Source: the human T2T-CHM13v2.0 reference genome, Homo sapiens. From it: a stretch of DNA of 64,000 nt. Both the position numbers and the translations under genes were made by a program. The stretch lies in the NCBI RefSeq assembly GCF_009914755.1, contig NC_060939.1; one strand, written 5' to 3'. The notes beneath the pieces are model-generated. The model ran no database searches and was not told the DNA's origin. It was given only the letters and a program-made list of their open reading frames with translations. Below, one piece after another: positions 40,441 to 56,068 of this stretch (position 1 is its first letter; every line of letters begins with the position of its first letter).

Positions 40441-43400
40441 ATAACTAGAGCCACTCTCATGATCTTTCTAAAGCCGTTTTCTCCTTCATTGTGTAGAAAT
40501 TATAACTATTTTGCCGAGTTCTCAGCATTCTAAAAAATGATGTTTGAAAGCTCTTTGTCCTTACAAGGTGATAAAAATGAAAGTTCAATAATATTTATGA
40601 TGATAGCAGACAGAATCTGGTATGCCAAAAAAAATTCTAACATATCTTGACAAAGCGAAGCAAAACAAAGTGCATCTTTAGTAGCTTTGAACAACATAGA
40701 GGTCAATATGCTTTGGCTGAATGCAAAATAGCTTAATTTTATATGAGTTTCGCAACAAACTTTATGATGACCTTTATCCTTTAGTTTTTATTCTTGTTTT
40801 TTTTTTCAAAAGTCTCCCTGAATAATGTGCAATAAGAGGTTGTTAGTCCTAGAGATAAACTGATTTTCCTGAACTCTTTGCACTTCTGACCTTGGGAAAA
40901 GGTTTTCTCCCCCACAATCCACCACCCCCATTCCCCTCTCACTGCCAAGTTTAATATGGCTTGGACTGTCTTCTCATATCCCCAGCTCCTATATGAATCA
41001 TTTTCAGCACTGAGTTCTGATCATTATATACAAGGTCACTTTTTAATTAGAACAATATAGTAAAACATATGCTCAGAAGATAAATGAGGTACAAAGCTAG
41101 CTGTGCTACAGTGAACCCTTTTATTGGAAAGCCTTAAAAATAATAAGCGTCATGTATAGTCCAGGGGCCTTTGCAACATATTTCAGTACAGCAAAGTGCC
41201 TGCCATAGTGAATGAATACCCTGTTACAGTGAACAATCATTTGGCAGCACAGGTTATTTTAATGGACATATCACTTTAAACGAAGCCTTCGCCATCTGTT
41301 CTGCCCTCTAATTACAGATGCAAAAAGAACATAATTCACAAATGCATCATAAAAAAGTAAGATATAAGTGATTTAAATGCATGTGTATCTTCTTTATTCA
41401 ATGCAGCATGCAGCTGTTATGTTGTTTTCATGTTTCAAACACAAATGAGTATAGAAATCGCTCTTCTCTGATGGAGTGAATTTCCTGTTACAGGACATTT
41501 TGGGGTGTAAATAAATGTAAAAGCGTGTGCTCTCATAGCACCTTCACATCAAATGAGAGGCAAAGCTATTCCGTAATGCACTCTGTGATCTGCTACCACC
41601 TGTGATGAAGTGTTAAGTTTGTGTTGAAACCTAATCTTCAGTTGATTTTTTATTAGGCTTCAGCATTTCAAGAACTGCTCTGTTAAGTGTTCTTTTCTAA
41701 TAACCAAATCATGTAGGTGGATATGTTATAACAAAGAGATCCTCCTTCAGAATAAGGTGAGTACACTGGTCACTCCAATATCAAAAAGTCCAACACTTGG
41801 CATGAGCCCATGTATTTCTTATAAGAACCCTTCTGAATTCTCAAGACTAACTCCTTGAAAAGAACAAGCAAAAAGGTGGAACTCTTTACTTTCCTTCTGA
41901 TGTCTCGATAATATTTTGATTCCTTCGTGGATTTATAATTTAAGGAGTACTCATTTGGAAGAGAATATCTTAACGTGCAAGCTGCAAGGTGAACTTAACT
42001 CCTCAAGGAAATCTGTAAAACTTCCACTGTTATTTGGTACTGATACAATCTCAATGTTTCTATTGAGATTATATACACATATTATATACACATATATACA
42101 CATATATACACATAAAATTATATACACATAATTTTACCTCTTAAAGAAAAAGTTTGTTAAATTCATTCTACGTATGCTCAGTTGCCTTTCTAACAAGGAA
42201 GTTAGATTGTAAAATAAAATGTCAATAAGGTAAAATATTTACTTCTTTGGACTTACTGCTTGGGCATGGCGCTGAAAGAAAAGAATTAACTGGTGAAGAA
42301 TGCAAACAAATAGCTTTAAAAGCCATGCAGGTTATTTAAAATTCTATGCTGTAACCCTGTCAGTGATAAGAAAATATTGTCCTGCAAAAGTTTTTCTCTG
42401 AGCTTCACTTCTTCTTGATAAGAATGATTTATACTTGCATAGTCATTGCTAATAAACAGGTGATTTGAAGGTATTCGTTGAGTAGTTTAAAAATTCATAC
42501 TCCCCATCAATCCAATTTGCATTTCTAATTTGCCTAGTAACTATTCTCTTTTCACAGATTAATCAGAACTAAACAATAGTAGGAATAGTCTAAATATCAA
42601 AATTGTAATTATTACATTCAAAGTGTATAAATTTATAAGACTGTATATTATATATGTATGCATTATAGCAAATATATAAACTTGTAAATGCATGCATTAT
42701 TAACATATATATGTTTACACACAGCAGAGATGATATTCAGCAAAGAATAACTCATCCAGATTGACTATTTACATGTAGCAATGCTTCCTATTGATCAATG
42801 CCTATGCAGACTGATTGTTAAATATTTGCATGTTCCCTGTATACACCATTTATGAAGAATTAAAATAGAAATAATTCTAACCAAGTTTCCCCTTGAAGGA
42901 TTATAATAAAGTAATCTTTATATGGTCTTTCAAATTCTGAAATTTCTATATTGAGTCTTGTAATTTTTCGAATACTCAGAAAACTGTATATTTTAAAACC
43001 CCAAACAGAAACAAATTTGAGTGTTAAGGTACACAAATTCATTTTCAAACCTACTCTTGAGTTTGTGCTTTTATGAGACTTAGTTCTAGTTGATGCAGAC
43101 CTTATTTATGATTTCTTTTGATCACACATTGATTAAAATCAGAAAAAAACAATGAATTTATTATATCAATAATTCTTAAAATAGCTTGGTAATAACTATT
43201 ACTTATAAAGATTACCACCATATCTAAGAAAAAACAATACACAGTCAGTAATTCTCATCAAAATCACCTGAACACTGCTTTAGGTTTCAACGGCACTCTT
43301 GTTTAAGGAAGTACTTTAAGAAAGAGGAACACTTCTCTACTCCAGGGATCCCAAACCTCAGCCAGCAGCAATAGGAGAGTAGTAAGGATAATGAATTAAA

Positions 43401-44397
43401 AATAACATGTATTTAATCATTTTTAACCTTATTTTGAGTTTGTATTTCTTCCACCTTTGTCTGATTTTCAATTAAAAAGTAAAGGGTGAACTAGGAAGAC
43501 TCATGTTGCCTCTCTTCCAATGATTTTTATTTTACTTTTATGAAGACTTTCTTTTAAATCTCTTTTATTTTTAAATTTTATTGTATTATAGGCAATAAAT
43601 TTTACTAAAAAGAATATGCATTACAGGAAAGTTGAACTGAAAGAACCACGTGCTTAGTGATTGCCACTGCACCCAAAACGCTACATTAGGTTTACTTCAG
43701 GAAAATTCAGGAAGAAAACTACCAAATCAATATTTTTGAACATGCAGCTTTTAGGACAGGAATATCTCAACAGGTATTATTAAAATTATAATAGTTCTCT
43801 TCATACAAATATGTGTTATTTACCCTTGGAAAGAACAAATGGATCACTAGCAAAGTATGTTTTATCCTAAATTTGTTTTTCATTTAAATCACAAATAACT
43901 TCTCTTTTGTAACAGTTAATTACATTTAATTTGAAGACAAAATTATTTGTGAAAAAAGTTGCTAATCAATCATAAATTCAATTTTATTTCACACATTTCA
44001 GAGCTATTACTTGTTAGTAACTTTCAAGTGACCTTTAAAATAGCTGTATTTATTGAATGGAATGTGAATGGAATCCACTTTTGATCAAGGATACTGAGTG
44101 AAGGCCACATAGGAAGTGAGTGGATGTGTGTCCATGGAGTCATAGATACTTTTTCCAAGAAGAGGACCCTGCATCCTCCCCCAAGAAGAATGTCGTATAT
44201 GATATATGAGAAGTGATGACACTAGTTGTATATTAATAAAATACATCTGTCTTTGCTCTGGGAAGATTAGGTAAATCTATTATTATAAATCCTCCTAAGA
44301 CCACACAACCAAGGGCAGTATTGATATTAGTACTGAAACTAAGGTCATCATTTTGGTCACTGATATCCAATGGCATTTAAAGATGTGTGGACATGAG

Positions 44398-44460
44398 TGA
44401 TGACGATGATGATGATGAGGAGGACAATGATGATGATAGTGAATATGGCGATGGTGATAT
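44398..44460. repeat. Imperfect (GAT)n repeat adjoining an antisense MIR (to about 44570)
   Basis: Direct reading; followed by CTATGTGCTGG..TTTCATTTAATCCTCTCAACAACCCTGTGAG. Confidence 0.7.
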
Positions 44461-45249
44461 TTAACACCAATATAACATTACTATGTGCTGGACTCTGTTC
44501 TAATTGCTTTACTTTTTTTTTATTATTTCATTTAATCCTCTCAACAACCCTGTGAGAAAGTCACTTGACGCATGAAAAAGGATGCACTACCAGGATGAGA
44601 AAATCTAGAGAATAGTAATACTTCTGTGAAAGTCATTCACAGCTTACACCAGCTCACCTATACCAGCTCTAATCCTTTCCATTGTAAATCAAACTCTGCT
44701 TAGCAAATACTTTTGTATAGGATAAGTAGGGAAAAACAGGTCCAAAAGTGTTTCTTAATAAATTAAAAATCTGAAAATAATATTATTATAATTATATTGA
44801 CATATACATCGTGTATTGCTAAGCAACCTAACTCCCAACAATCAAAGTAGCAGCTAATTCAGAGTATATACCTAGAACTGTAACAATAACAGCAAAAACT
44901 GGAATGCAGCACCTTTGTGCTCAGAATTACAAAAGAGAGTTCATTTTCAATCAACATGCACTTACTATATGAAAAGCACTGGATTAGATGCTGTGGAGCA
45001 GAAAAAAGAATTAATACCCATCCTCAAGGAGCTTACCATCCAGTTACAAGCAAAACCTGAACTCACAGAACTATAAAAATGTAAGACTAAAAAATGTAGC
45101 ATTTCTCATTAACTAAGTGGAAAATACCAAATCACTTTCCTTTACTTTTATCACCTCTTTTACAACCCTTCTCCCAACTGGATGGCAGTCATCCTTCTGC
45201 TGGGCTTTCATAATTCTCTGGAGCTCCTTTAAAATATGTGCTCCTTGTA

Positions 45250-45420
45250 CTGAACCTGCCTGAATCTGTTTTCACATCTGTGAAATGGGATACTGAGGAC
45301 CAACCCCCACTGAGTTATCGTAGAATTAAATGGGTCAATGACAATAAAATGCTTAGGATATTTTCTGGCACATGAGAGCTACTCAATCAATGATAACCAG
45401 TGTCAATATTATTATTATTA
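45250..45420 (+). mobile_element. MIR
   Basis: CTGTTTTCACATCTGTGAAATGGGATA...GAATTAAATG...ATGCTTAG...CTGGCACAT. Confidence 0.75.
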
Positions 45421-48306
45421 TTATGACTACCTATGTCTATACCTAACTTTCTGACCAGATTTATCATCTTCATGTAATTTTGTTCATAATTCTAAGAGCT
45501 CCTAGAAGACTACATTGAATATTGTATCTGTTTTCTCAAAGGAAAATAGTGAAGCATATGGTAAATCTTCATGGTACAATTAGGATCTGGAGGAAAAGTG
45601 TTTACTGGGCTCATAGAAGGATCAAAGTGGGATTGCTGAAGAATGTCAGGTGAAATGAATGAGGGAATAGAAAGTATCTCAGTCTGGGTGAAAAAGCAAG
45701 ATGAGGCATAAACCATGGAAGCATAAGAAGAAGAGAGACAGTTGCAGCAGGAATGATATTGGGTAAATGATAAAAAAGGGAACTCAGAAGGTTATTGCAG
45801 TAGTATAGGCACAAAAATCTGAGAACTTTTATTAAATGGGGCAACAAAAATAGAAAGGATAGAATCAGGTCATAGATGGAAGAAAGAGTCAATGGGATTG
45901 AATCATTGTTAACACATAGGAAGCAAGAGAGAGAAGAAAAAATTCAGAAGCAAGGCTCAATTTCTGAGTTTAGACAACAAAGACAATGAGAATAATACAT
46001 ATTGGAAATGAAACAGAAAGCAGAGCCCCTCTCCACCCTTGCTTTTGTTTCTAATCAGTGACAGGAACTGAGTTTCAGATATGTTAAGTTTGAGGTTTGC
46101 AGGATGTCAAAGTAGACGTGTTTACTAAGTTATTATCATGTGAGGTTGGATCAGTGAGGAAAAAACAACTAGAGAACGAGAAACAACAACTAGCTCCCTA
46201 ATTCAACTGAACTTTGTCTGCATAAAGTTGGCATCAAGGTGCATAGATAATCATAAGCTCTTAGCAGAAGTCTCTTGGTGCCAGCATCAGTGAAGAGAGG
46301 AACAAAACCAATCCAGCCACTCTTTTTCTGATGATGCATCTACACCCTTGGTTCTACTTGGTTTCTCTGCACAGAGGGAGTTCTTCCATCTTTGGATCTA
46401 AAAACAATATCTTTTCATTTTATCTGCAGCAATAGTCTAGCTCTCAGAGACAAAGTCAGTGAGAAACAAAGAAAGGCCCTGGCCACTCAATTCAGCTCCC
46501 AGTACAAAGACCAGAGTCACAGTGGTGTCCACAGCCCGCATCGGCATAAATACAGATGGACTGAAATACGCATTTTACCTAAAATAAAGGCTTTATACCA
46601 TGCAAGCAAAAATAGAGGTGGTTTTTTTTCCCCCCAGAAAGTAAGACCTTCAACAAGCCAGAACACCACTGTTTATTTTAAAGAATTTTTAAACTCTGAT
46701 TCAGACTATGGACGCCAGGCCAATTGCTGAATCCCACGGGGGCATCTGCATGCTGAAATCTCTGCCTGGAAAGTCAGTTTTTAATGGTGCTGTTACAAAA
46801 CTATGTGTCCTCAAGTAGAACTACAAAAACTCCAAAGACATATTAATTCCAATTCCACGACACAGGCCTAAAGATAGAGTGGAGGAAGTGCTTGGTCATG
46901 TACACACATCAAATTCACTGGCCTTTCTAATACCTTCAGTGAGATTATACTCTTTAACATCTGTTTGTTTTCTTAACCACGTTCTCATTTGTTTTCCATG
47001 AGTACTTACGATTCAGGTCACTGTTAGAACTTAGGGAGTAAAACAGAAAGAAATAATCACTCAGATTTAAGTCTAGTTTGCCCATTTCACAGATAAAAAA
47101 ACTGAGGAGGGGGTGCTAAATGGTTACCCAAGTTCAATTAAAAGAGCATGAACTAGAACTGAGGTCTCCCCAGAACCCAAATCATGAATTTTCCCAACTG
47201 CCTTGTTTCTTTTCAGGCAGAAGAGCTCAAAAGGAAAACACTGAGGGACCTTCTCACCTCTAGGTTCTGCAGGATAACCTGTGGTGGAGAGTTCTTCCTA
47301 CGTGTTGAGTCAGAGCACAGGGAGTGAATGGGGTGGGGAAGAGAAAGAGGAGAAACAATTTCAATCACTTTGTGTTTGTGAGGAGAGCTACTCAGAAAGT
47401 TCCCCCTCTATTTTAGACATTGGTTGGCACTGAAAACCTGTGGAAGCATGGGCCCTCTGGGAAGAGTGGGCTAAAAGAAGCATCCAAAGACACAGAAAAG
47501 CATAGCAAATTTTCCAGTAGCTCATGCCGCAGCATCACATGCATATTCTTTTGAAGCACCCCTAACCTCTTCTCTTTCCTACACCTTCAAACTGGAGTTT
47601 CTGTCTGATCATATTCAGCTGTTTTTTCCTCTGCTACAAAGAAGCTCAGCACTTTCATGTCTGAGTTGCCAAGTGACACTCTATGTTTGAGAGCCCAGAA
47701 GAGGATGGAACTCAGGCCTTGAGAATAGGAAGGGGGCAGTTGACTAGGCAGAGGTAGATGGGCATAATTCGGTCCACGCTGCCGTCTCCCCAGAAAACAG
47801 ACCTGAGATATGGAGACGGGGGTGGCATTCGGAGATAACTAGTAGGTTTTTGGAACAATCAGGTTCTACTTAAGGATAAATAAACATAAGTATATCCTAC
47901 TCATAATGAATTCCAAAAGTAATAGACAATTGTTAAAACCCGCCTTCTTCAAATCATGAAGCATGTACCAGTAGGTCAAAATTATTGCCAGATAACCATT
48001 TAAAAGCAAGCCACGGTAAGTTCAAAATATATACTCCAAGTTCATGAAGAGATGCATCAGTTATGTATAGTATTCTCCTAAAAAGAAGGTTAAACTGATA
48101 TGAATGGGAAGCTGGTCAGTACTTTCTCTACTTTCAAGAAATTTGTTTTCCCAAATTGCAACTATTCATTTTTCTGTGAAAAGATTCATAGAAAAAAAAT
48201 CCAATCTCAACCATTTTCTCATCAAAGGAAACGTCTTTAAATCTTAGCCTCAAGAAATGATCTCTAGAATGAGATTGTAGCAGAGTTGTATACAATGGAG
48301 TTTTAA

Positions 48307-49033
<727 letters not shown>

Positions 49034-51370
49034 TGAGGTGCCCATCAGTAGAAGGAAGCTCCAACCTTGTCAGCTTGACAGGGGAATGAAAAAGAAAATT
49101 CCGCCAGTTGTTAAACCCAGCTAACGTGTGATTGATCTGAGTTCGGCTGTTGGTGGTTAAATAGAACTCCCCTCTGGCGTTTATGTCTCAGTTCTGACTT
49201 TGCTTCAGCCTGACCATGAGGGGTCTATAAGTATTTGAGCCTCCACATTTCCCTTGTTCTGCACCTAAGATACTTTTAGATTGCTCTTTAGAGGCTGAAT
49301 GCTCTAAGCTCTTGGCGTCCACTTTGACCATGAAGAGCTCCGACTGCAGACAGATGCTTATGACTGGGGATGGCTCACATGTTATCTTCCAGATAGTCTC
49401 TCTAGAGAGAGAAAAGGCAGAATCAGAGTGGCGTTCTGCAGTCAGAGTAGTTAAGGGAGTTAAGGTGGCGTTCAGGCAGGGTGAGCCTCTGTGCAGCCGA
49501 TCTAACTTGGTCATAACCCATCAAGCCCCAATGGTGAGTTCTGTGTTCAGTATTTCAAATTTTTCCTTCCCTGACACTGGAGGAAATAATACAAAAACTT
49601 GTTACCTATGCTGATGCCCAGCCAAATAATGAATAATTATAACAACAATCTCATGCAGCGGACCACACACCTGATCAATTCCTCCCTTCAGCACAAAGGA
49701 TTCTTGAATTCTGGCATCTACTCCAGTGCTTGTTTTAAAGTCATATTACCAAAAAGCTCTCAGGGAAGCATTTTACTTTCTGGCTTTGTGATAAACAGAA
49801 AGATACCACAGTGGTTTTTAAAACTCTTTTAAATCATACAATTCTTCATGTTTTCAGTCTTCCTTCCTGTGTGCATTTTCTCCCTCTGGGGCCATTTCCA
49901 AAGAACTCGAGAAAACGAAAGAAACCACTGTGACCAAGCTGGAATGCATGAAAACCAAACCATCTCCCCAGAGAGGATAAGGAGCAGATCCCATGACTCT
50001 GCACTTGTCCTTCATCTACCCTTTTCCCTCAAGCCACATGTCCACTCCACACCCTCATCAGGATCCCAGCCCAGTCCACCCTTACTCCCCAACTAAAGGG
50101 AAGATAGTTCTTTCTCCTGGGGCCGTGATGTGAGGCCTGGGAGGAAATGTTGTCTTTTGGGAAATAGCAAAATTGTGTGACTACATTAAAGTCAACACTA
50201 TTTATCTTCACCTCTTGTCCTATGGGCTGACAAAGGGACACCACTGTTGGGCCCAACCCCCGTGCACAGCTGCAATAGAAAGAAGGCAGGGACTGGTACT
50301 TTCAAGTGTCAGACCTTTTGTGCTGACTAGTTTATGAGGCTGATGTCAAGCACTGCAGTCAATGAAGTCTTTGTCCTAGGTGTACAGGGCAGGACAGTGG
50401 AAAAACTGTCCTCTCTCATATCCCAGGCCCATCCATCTTCCCTTCACCCTGTTTCTCAACTTTCCTATCTCTTAAGCTGACGGAGAGAGGATCCCTCCTG
50501 GGTTAATGTACTGGAAAATTGCTCTGCATGTATATGAGGAGGTCCTTTCCAAATGAAAGAAAAAAAGAAAGAAAAAAAAACTGGGAAGAAGAGTCGTTTT
50601 TCCCACTGAACTCGTTGGCCTTATGCTTGTGGGTCTGACCCTGATTAAGAAAATCTCAATGTCCTGCTAGGAGGTTTATTGTGAAGTTTGGCAGAACGCA
50701 CTTCCGATTGAATTTTTTTTTATTATTTGTAATCAGAAAGTGGTTTTGAACAGCTCCCATCACCCACCCCACCACCAACTACCCTGACCTCAAGTGTGCA
50801 CGTGTGCACACACATGAACACACACACACACACATCCAAGACCTTGCCTTTGAAGAGACTCCATATGCTTACATCCAATTCACCTTGGAATAATCTATTC
50901 TCCTCCATGGGGCTGGTTTCCCCAAGGCAATTGCATATAAATAGCAAACAGATTGTTTTCATGCAGTTACATGGAAAGTTAGACTGCATGAACTTTGTTA
51001 TGCATGGAACCCAGAAGAGCGGGTGTTACGTGATATCACTCGATTATTTTTACTTTTTTTCTAGCTAAAAATAATATCCTCTATTTTCTAAGCTTCTTCC
51101 CCCACTCACAGGTTTTATTCCTCTATGGGAGGCCTTAGGTTAAAACAAAAAGTCATGCTAGTGGTTAAGGCATCAAGTATGTATGCTTCTGAAATAAAAG
51201 CTGGCAGTGGCACCAAGGGATTTTATAAAACCCAGCTGAGTCCTTCCAGAAACTTCCATGCAAAATTTATGGGAAATGGAAACACATAACCTGAGTAATT
51301 GTAACCAATGCAAAATGTGTGTTTTAGATGCCAGTAGACACACAAATGTTCTTCTGGGAAATAAAAAAAA

Positions 51371-51682
51371 GTAGTGGGGGTTTGGGGATTTGGGGGCAAG
51401 TGAGGATTGTTAATGGGTAAGAAAACAATAGAAAAGATGAATAAAACCTAGTATTTGATAGCACAACAGGGTAACTACAGTCAATAATAATTGTATATGT
51501 TATAAGTTAAAGAGTATAATTGGATTGCTTGTAACACAAAGGGTAAGTGCTTGAGGGGATGATACCCCATTTTTCATGATGTGGTTATTATTTACTGCAT
51601 TCCTACATTAAAATATCTCATGTACCCCATACATATACACACCAACTATGTACTCACAAAATAATTTTTAAAAAAATAAAAA
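51371..51682 (+). mobile_element. L1MA2-like 3' end
   Basis: CCTAGTATTTGATAGCACAACAGGGT...GATTGCTTGTAACACAAAG..ATCTCATGTACCCCATA. Confidence 0.85.
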
Positions 51683-52299
51683 GAATTTAGCAGCTTAGTG
51701 CATTTTTTGTTGTTTCACCCCCATTTTCCAGTAACTACTTTATGATTTCATTAATTATTAATTTGGCCAGAGACATTGGAAATAGGGCATTTTACACATT
51801 TAAAATGTACTTATCTTTATTTATAAATCTGTTTATTTTCTCCTGTCTTTGGTGACAGGAGAAAATAAAACCTAAGACTTTTAAAGGATCATAAAGAGCA
51901 TAAAAGTGACTCAAACAAAAAAAGGTCAATAAAAGAGTGAAATCAATGTTCACCGCTCAACCTCCCGTGGATGGTGAGTTCTGTCCTCGTGTTGAGTTTA
52001 GGACATCAATGACTGAGGCAAAACACCACATCAAGTTATAATCTCCTGACGACTGAATGATCAAATTGTCTCTCTTGTTAGGAAGTTTGTTACACAGTTA
52101 CAACTGACTTTTTATTCTGTTGGCGATGTGAAAAGTTGACAAGTTTTTGTGAAATGACTCCATTCTACCACACAAAGCAGTTCCTGGGTTTGTTCTTCCT
52201 CTCTTAATCTTTCTCATTCTATACTTCTCACTAAGATTTTTCCCCATAGAAATCTAATTTTCTTTTCTGCAGTTTCAGATGCTGCTCCACTGACAACCA

Positions 52300-52800
52300 T
52301 GGGGCTCATTTAAATATTTAGCAAGATTATAAAATGAAATGGGGTGAAGCTGACAAATCACACCCAGGAGAGGGCGGGGAGAGTCGTTAAGTCAAACACA
52401 GACGTTAATAGGAACCCCTAATCTCTTAGCCTGTCCCCTTTTGTGGAAGGAGGTCAGAAGCACTTGGTCCCCAGGCCGGCTCCCTAAAGACTCTTAACAA
52501 GCAGATGTTACTGTAACATGCTCAGGGAATCAAGCATAAATATGACCCTTGACCCCGGTTGTCAGCTGATCCACTGAGTCTCTTAGAAATATACTCTTAA
52601 CTTTTCTAAACTCCCACTCTTTCCCACCATCCCCCTCCGTTTCGCCCGGCGCCTCCGCCTCGGGTTTCTATGCCTGTGTCTCCAGCTTTGGAGCTTGCAC
52701 AGTTGCTCTCAGTGTGACCTTTCTCTTCACAGAGGTCAAAGGCCCGAGACCCTAGGCTGGCCTCTTTTCTTGCTAAAGGCCAGCTGATGAATCATTCCCA
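52300..52800. promoter_or_regulatory. Candidate enhancer or promoter (DR1, FOXA and GC-box cluster)
   Basis: TGACCCTTGACCC 52543-52555 (perfect DR1), AGGTCAAAGGCCC 52733-52745, GGGCGGGG near 52372, GTCAAACA at 52391, and a CpG patch at 52637-52665. Confidence 0.45.
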
Positions 52801-53455
52801 ACTTGAAGGGAACAGAGGAGAAGGGAGGGCTCTGAAGGCCTTTTGAGAGAAACAACTGTGGCCTATACATCAGCACTGATGCTGTTCTGACACTTTGAAA
52901 ACTCACGTTCCTCTCTGGGAACCACAGGGAGAAGGGAAGAGAGGAGGGACAGAAAGGTCTCCCTCACTAGGATAGAATAAATAGGAACAAGAACACAACA
53001 CCAGGCTTCGGGGTTGTGTAATGGGACACTGTTCAGGAGAGAGAGAGAGAAATATAAACACTCTTCAACACACACGTACGAATCCTCCCTTAGGTTTCAG
53101 TTTTCAGGGTCACATTTCACAAAACAAGAAAAAAAGTGTGTGCTTTTCCCCCACTGCAATGAGTTTGGTCAAGAGGATTTTGATGAACTATTCAGAATTT
53201 TCTTGCTTGTAATTTAGAAAAATATTGGTGATTTAATTTTTAATAATAAATTATGTATATATGTCTCCTTTAAGACAAACCCATCATGGTAGAATGGGGA
53301 CGGAGGGGTTGGAAGCTATGACAGCTGCCTAAATTACCTAGAAGGCTTGAGATTCTTTATTGCTCTATTTTTTCTATATATAATGTTCTGGTTTTGACTT
53401 TTAATCTGTGAGTGGTGGGTATTTTACCTGCAGTCATTTAGAGAGTCTTCAGTAG

Positions 53456-54328
<873 letters not shown>

Positions 54329-54901
54329 TTCTCTTTCACCATTTTAAGAAATTCAAAGAAGAACTAAGGAACAAGCTATGCTCTCCAACATAGTGCGGGT
54401 TTGGAAAAAAATTTGATTCATATCGTCTTATCAAAACTTTTTAAAAATGGCCTTATATTAGGCTTTGCTAACGCCACATTTCTTGCATTAAATTGACTTT
54501 AGTAAGATACAAAATTAAAAATAGGAATATTTCCATTTGCTTAGAAAATATGTTAATGAATAGAAATGCTCTCGCTTCCTTGCTTTTTCTTTCCTTCCCT
54601 TTTTGCTCCTTATCTGTTTCGTTTTGTTGTTGTTGTTGGCGGCGAGGAAGTGATCAGGGCATTGACTAAATACTGGAGATACTGTTTTCTAGATAATAGT
54701 ATTAAAAAATATAAGCTGAGAGAATAAAGAAATTATTTATGCTCAGAATCTCTATTACTGGACAAGGCAGCCCAGAGATGATACCTCTTCCTAATTTCTA
54801 TTATGACTTTCCATTGCTTTCATCTAGGTTCTTAAGATTTTATGTACAAACACCCAAACACTGAAGGTTATGTTCCCTTGCTTCTTCGATGGCATCTAAC
54901 T

Positions 54902-56068
54902 CAGGACTTCTCAAACTTGGCTGATCATCAGAAACACTTGCTCATTTCTAAAACATGCATATTTCTGGGCCAGATCCCATTTTTATTAAATAATTATATC
55001 TGTGGATTTTTCTAGAGAATTTATGTACTTTATACATTATCCAGGTGATTCTTTTTGAAATTAATTTATTAATTATACTAAAGCACACATTAATGGTGTG
55101 CAAAAAGAGGTTTTGAAATATGTATACCTGTGGAATGGCTAAACCTAGGTAATTAACATATGTGTTATCTTACTTGCTTATTTTTTGTGGTGAGAACACT
55201 TAAAATTTACTGTTTTTCAAAAAACGCAATATGGTACATTATTAACTACAGTCAACATGCTCTACAATATATCTCTTGAAATTATTCCTCCTATCTAACT
55301 GAAATTTTGTGTCTTTCTGACCAAATATATCTCCAATCTCCTACCACCCCCATCCCAGCCCCTGGTAATCACCATTCTATTCTCTGCTTCGAAGTTACAC
55401 TTTTTTAGATTCCACCTAGAAGTGAGATCATGCAGTATTTGTCTTTCTTTGCCTGGCTTATTTCCCTTAACACAATGTCCTCCAGTTCCATCCATGTTGT
55501 TGACAATGACAGGATTTTATTTTTTCTCATGACTGGGTAACATTTCACTGTGGTTATATGTCACATTTTCTTCAACCGTTCATTCACTGATAGATACTTA
55601 CGTTGATTCCATGATCTTGGCTGTTGTAAATACTGCTGCAATAAACATGGGGTGCTGATATCTCTTCAACATACTGATTTCATATCCTTTAGATATTTAC
55701 CCAGAAGTAAGATTATTGGATCATACAGTAGTTCTACTTTTAATTTTTTCAGAACCTCCAAACCGTTTTCTGTAATGACTATAGTAACTTACATTCCCAC
55801 CAACAGTATATAAGTGTTCCCTTTTCTCCACATTCTCTCCAACACTTGTTATCTTTCATCTTTTTTATAATAGCTATTTGAACTGGAATGAGGTGGCGTC
55901 TCACCCTGCTTTTAATGTGCACTTAGATAATCTGATGAGTAGTGATGTTGAGCACTTTTTCTTGTATTTGTTGATCATGAGTATGTCTTCTTTTGAGAAA
56001 TACCCATTCAACCTCTTTGCCTATTTTTAAGCAGGTGATTTGTGATCAGCTAAGTTTGAAATCCACTC
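54902..56068. mobile_element. MER5-type hAT element split by an L1MA
   Basis: CTTCTCAAACTTGGCTGATCATCAGAA...CAGGTGATT [L1] CAGGTGATT...AAGTTTGAAATCCACT. Confidence 0.7.
55053..56031 (-). mobile_element. L1MA (MA7/8-like) 3' end
   Basis: TTTGTGGTGAGAACACTTAAAAT..CCAGCCCCTGGTAATCACCATTCTA..GTGAGATCATGCAGTATTTGTC; CAGGTGATT duplicated at both ends. Confidence 0.88.

Noticed and set aside
49531-51984. 14-mer ATGGTGAGTTCTGT present twice, each containing a donor-like GTGAGT
   Set aside because: Several 14-mer matches are expected by chance in 64 kb, and the flanks do not align
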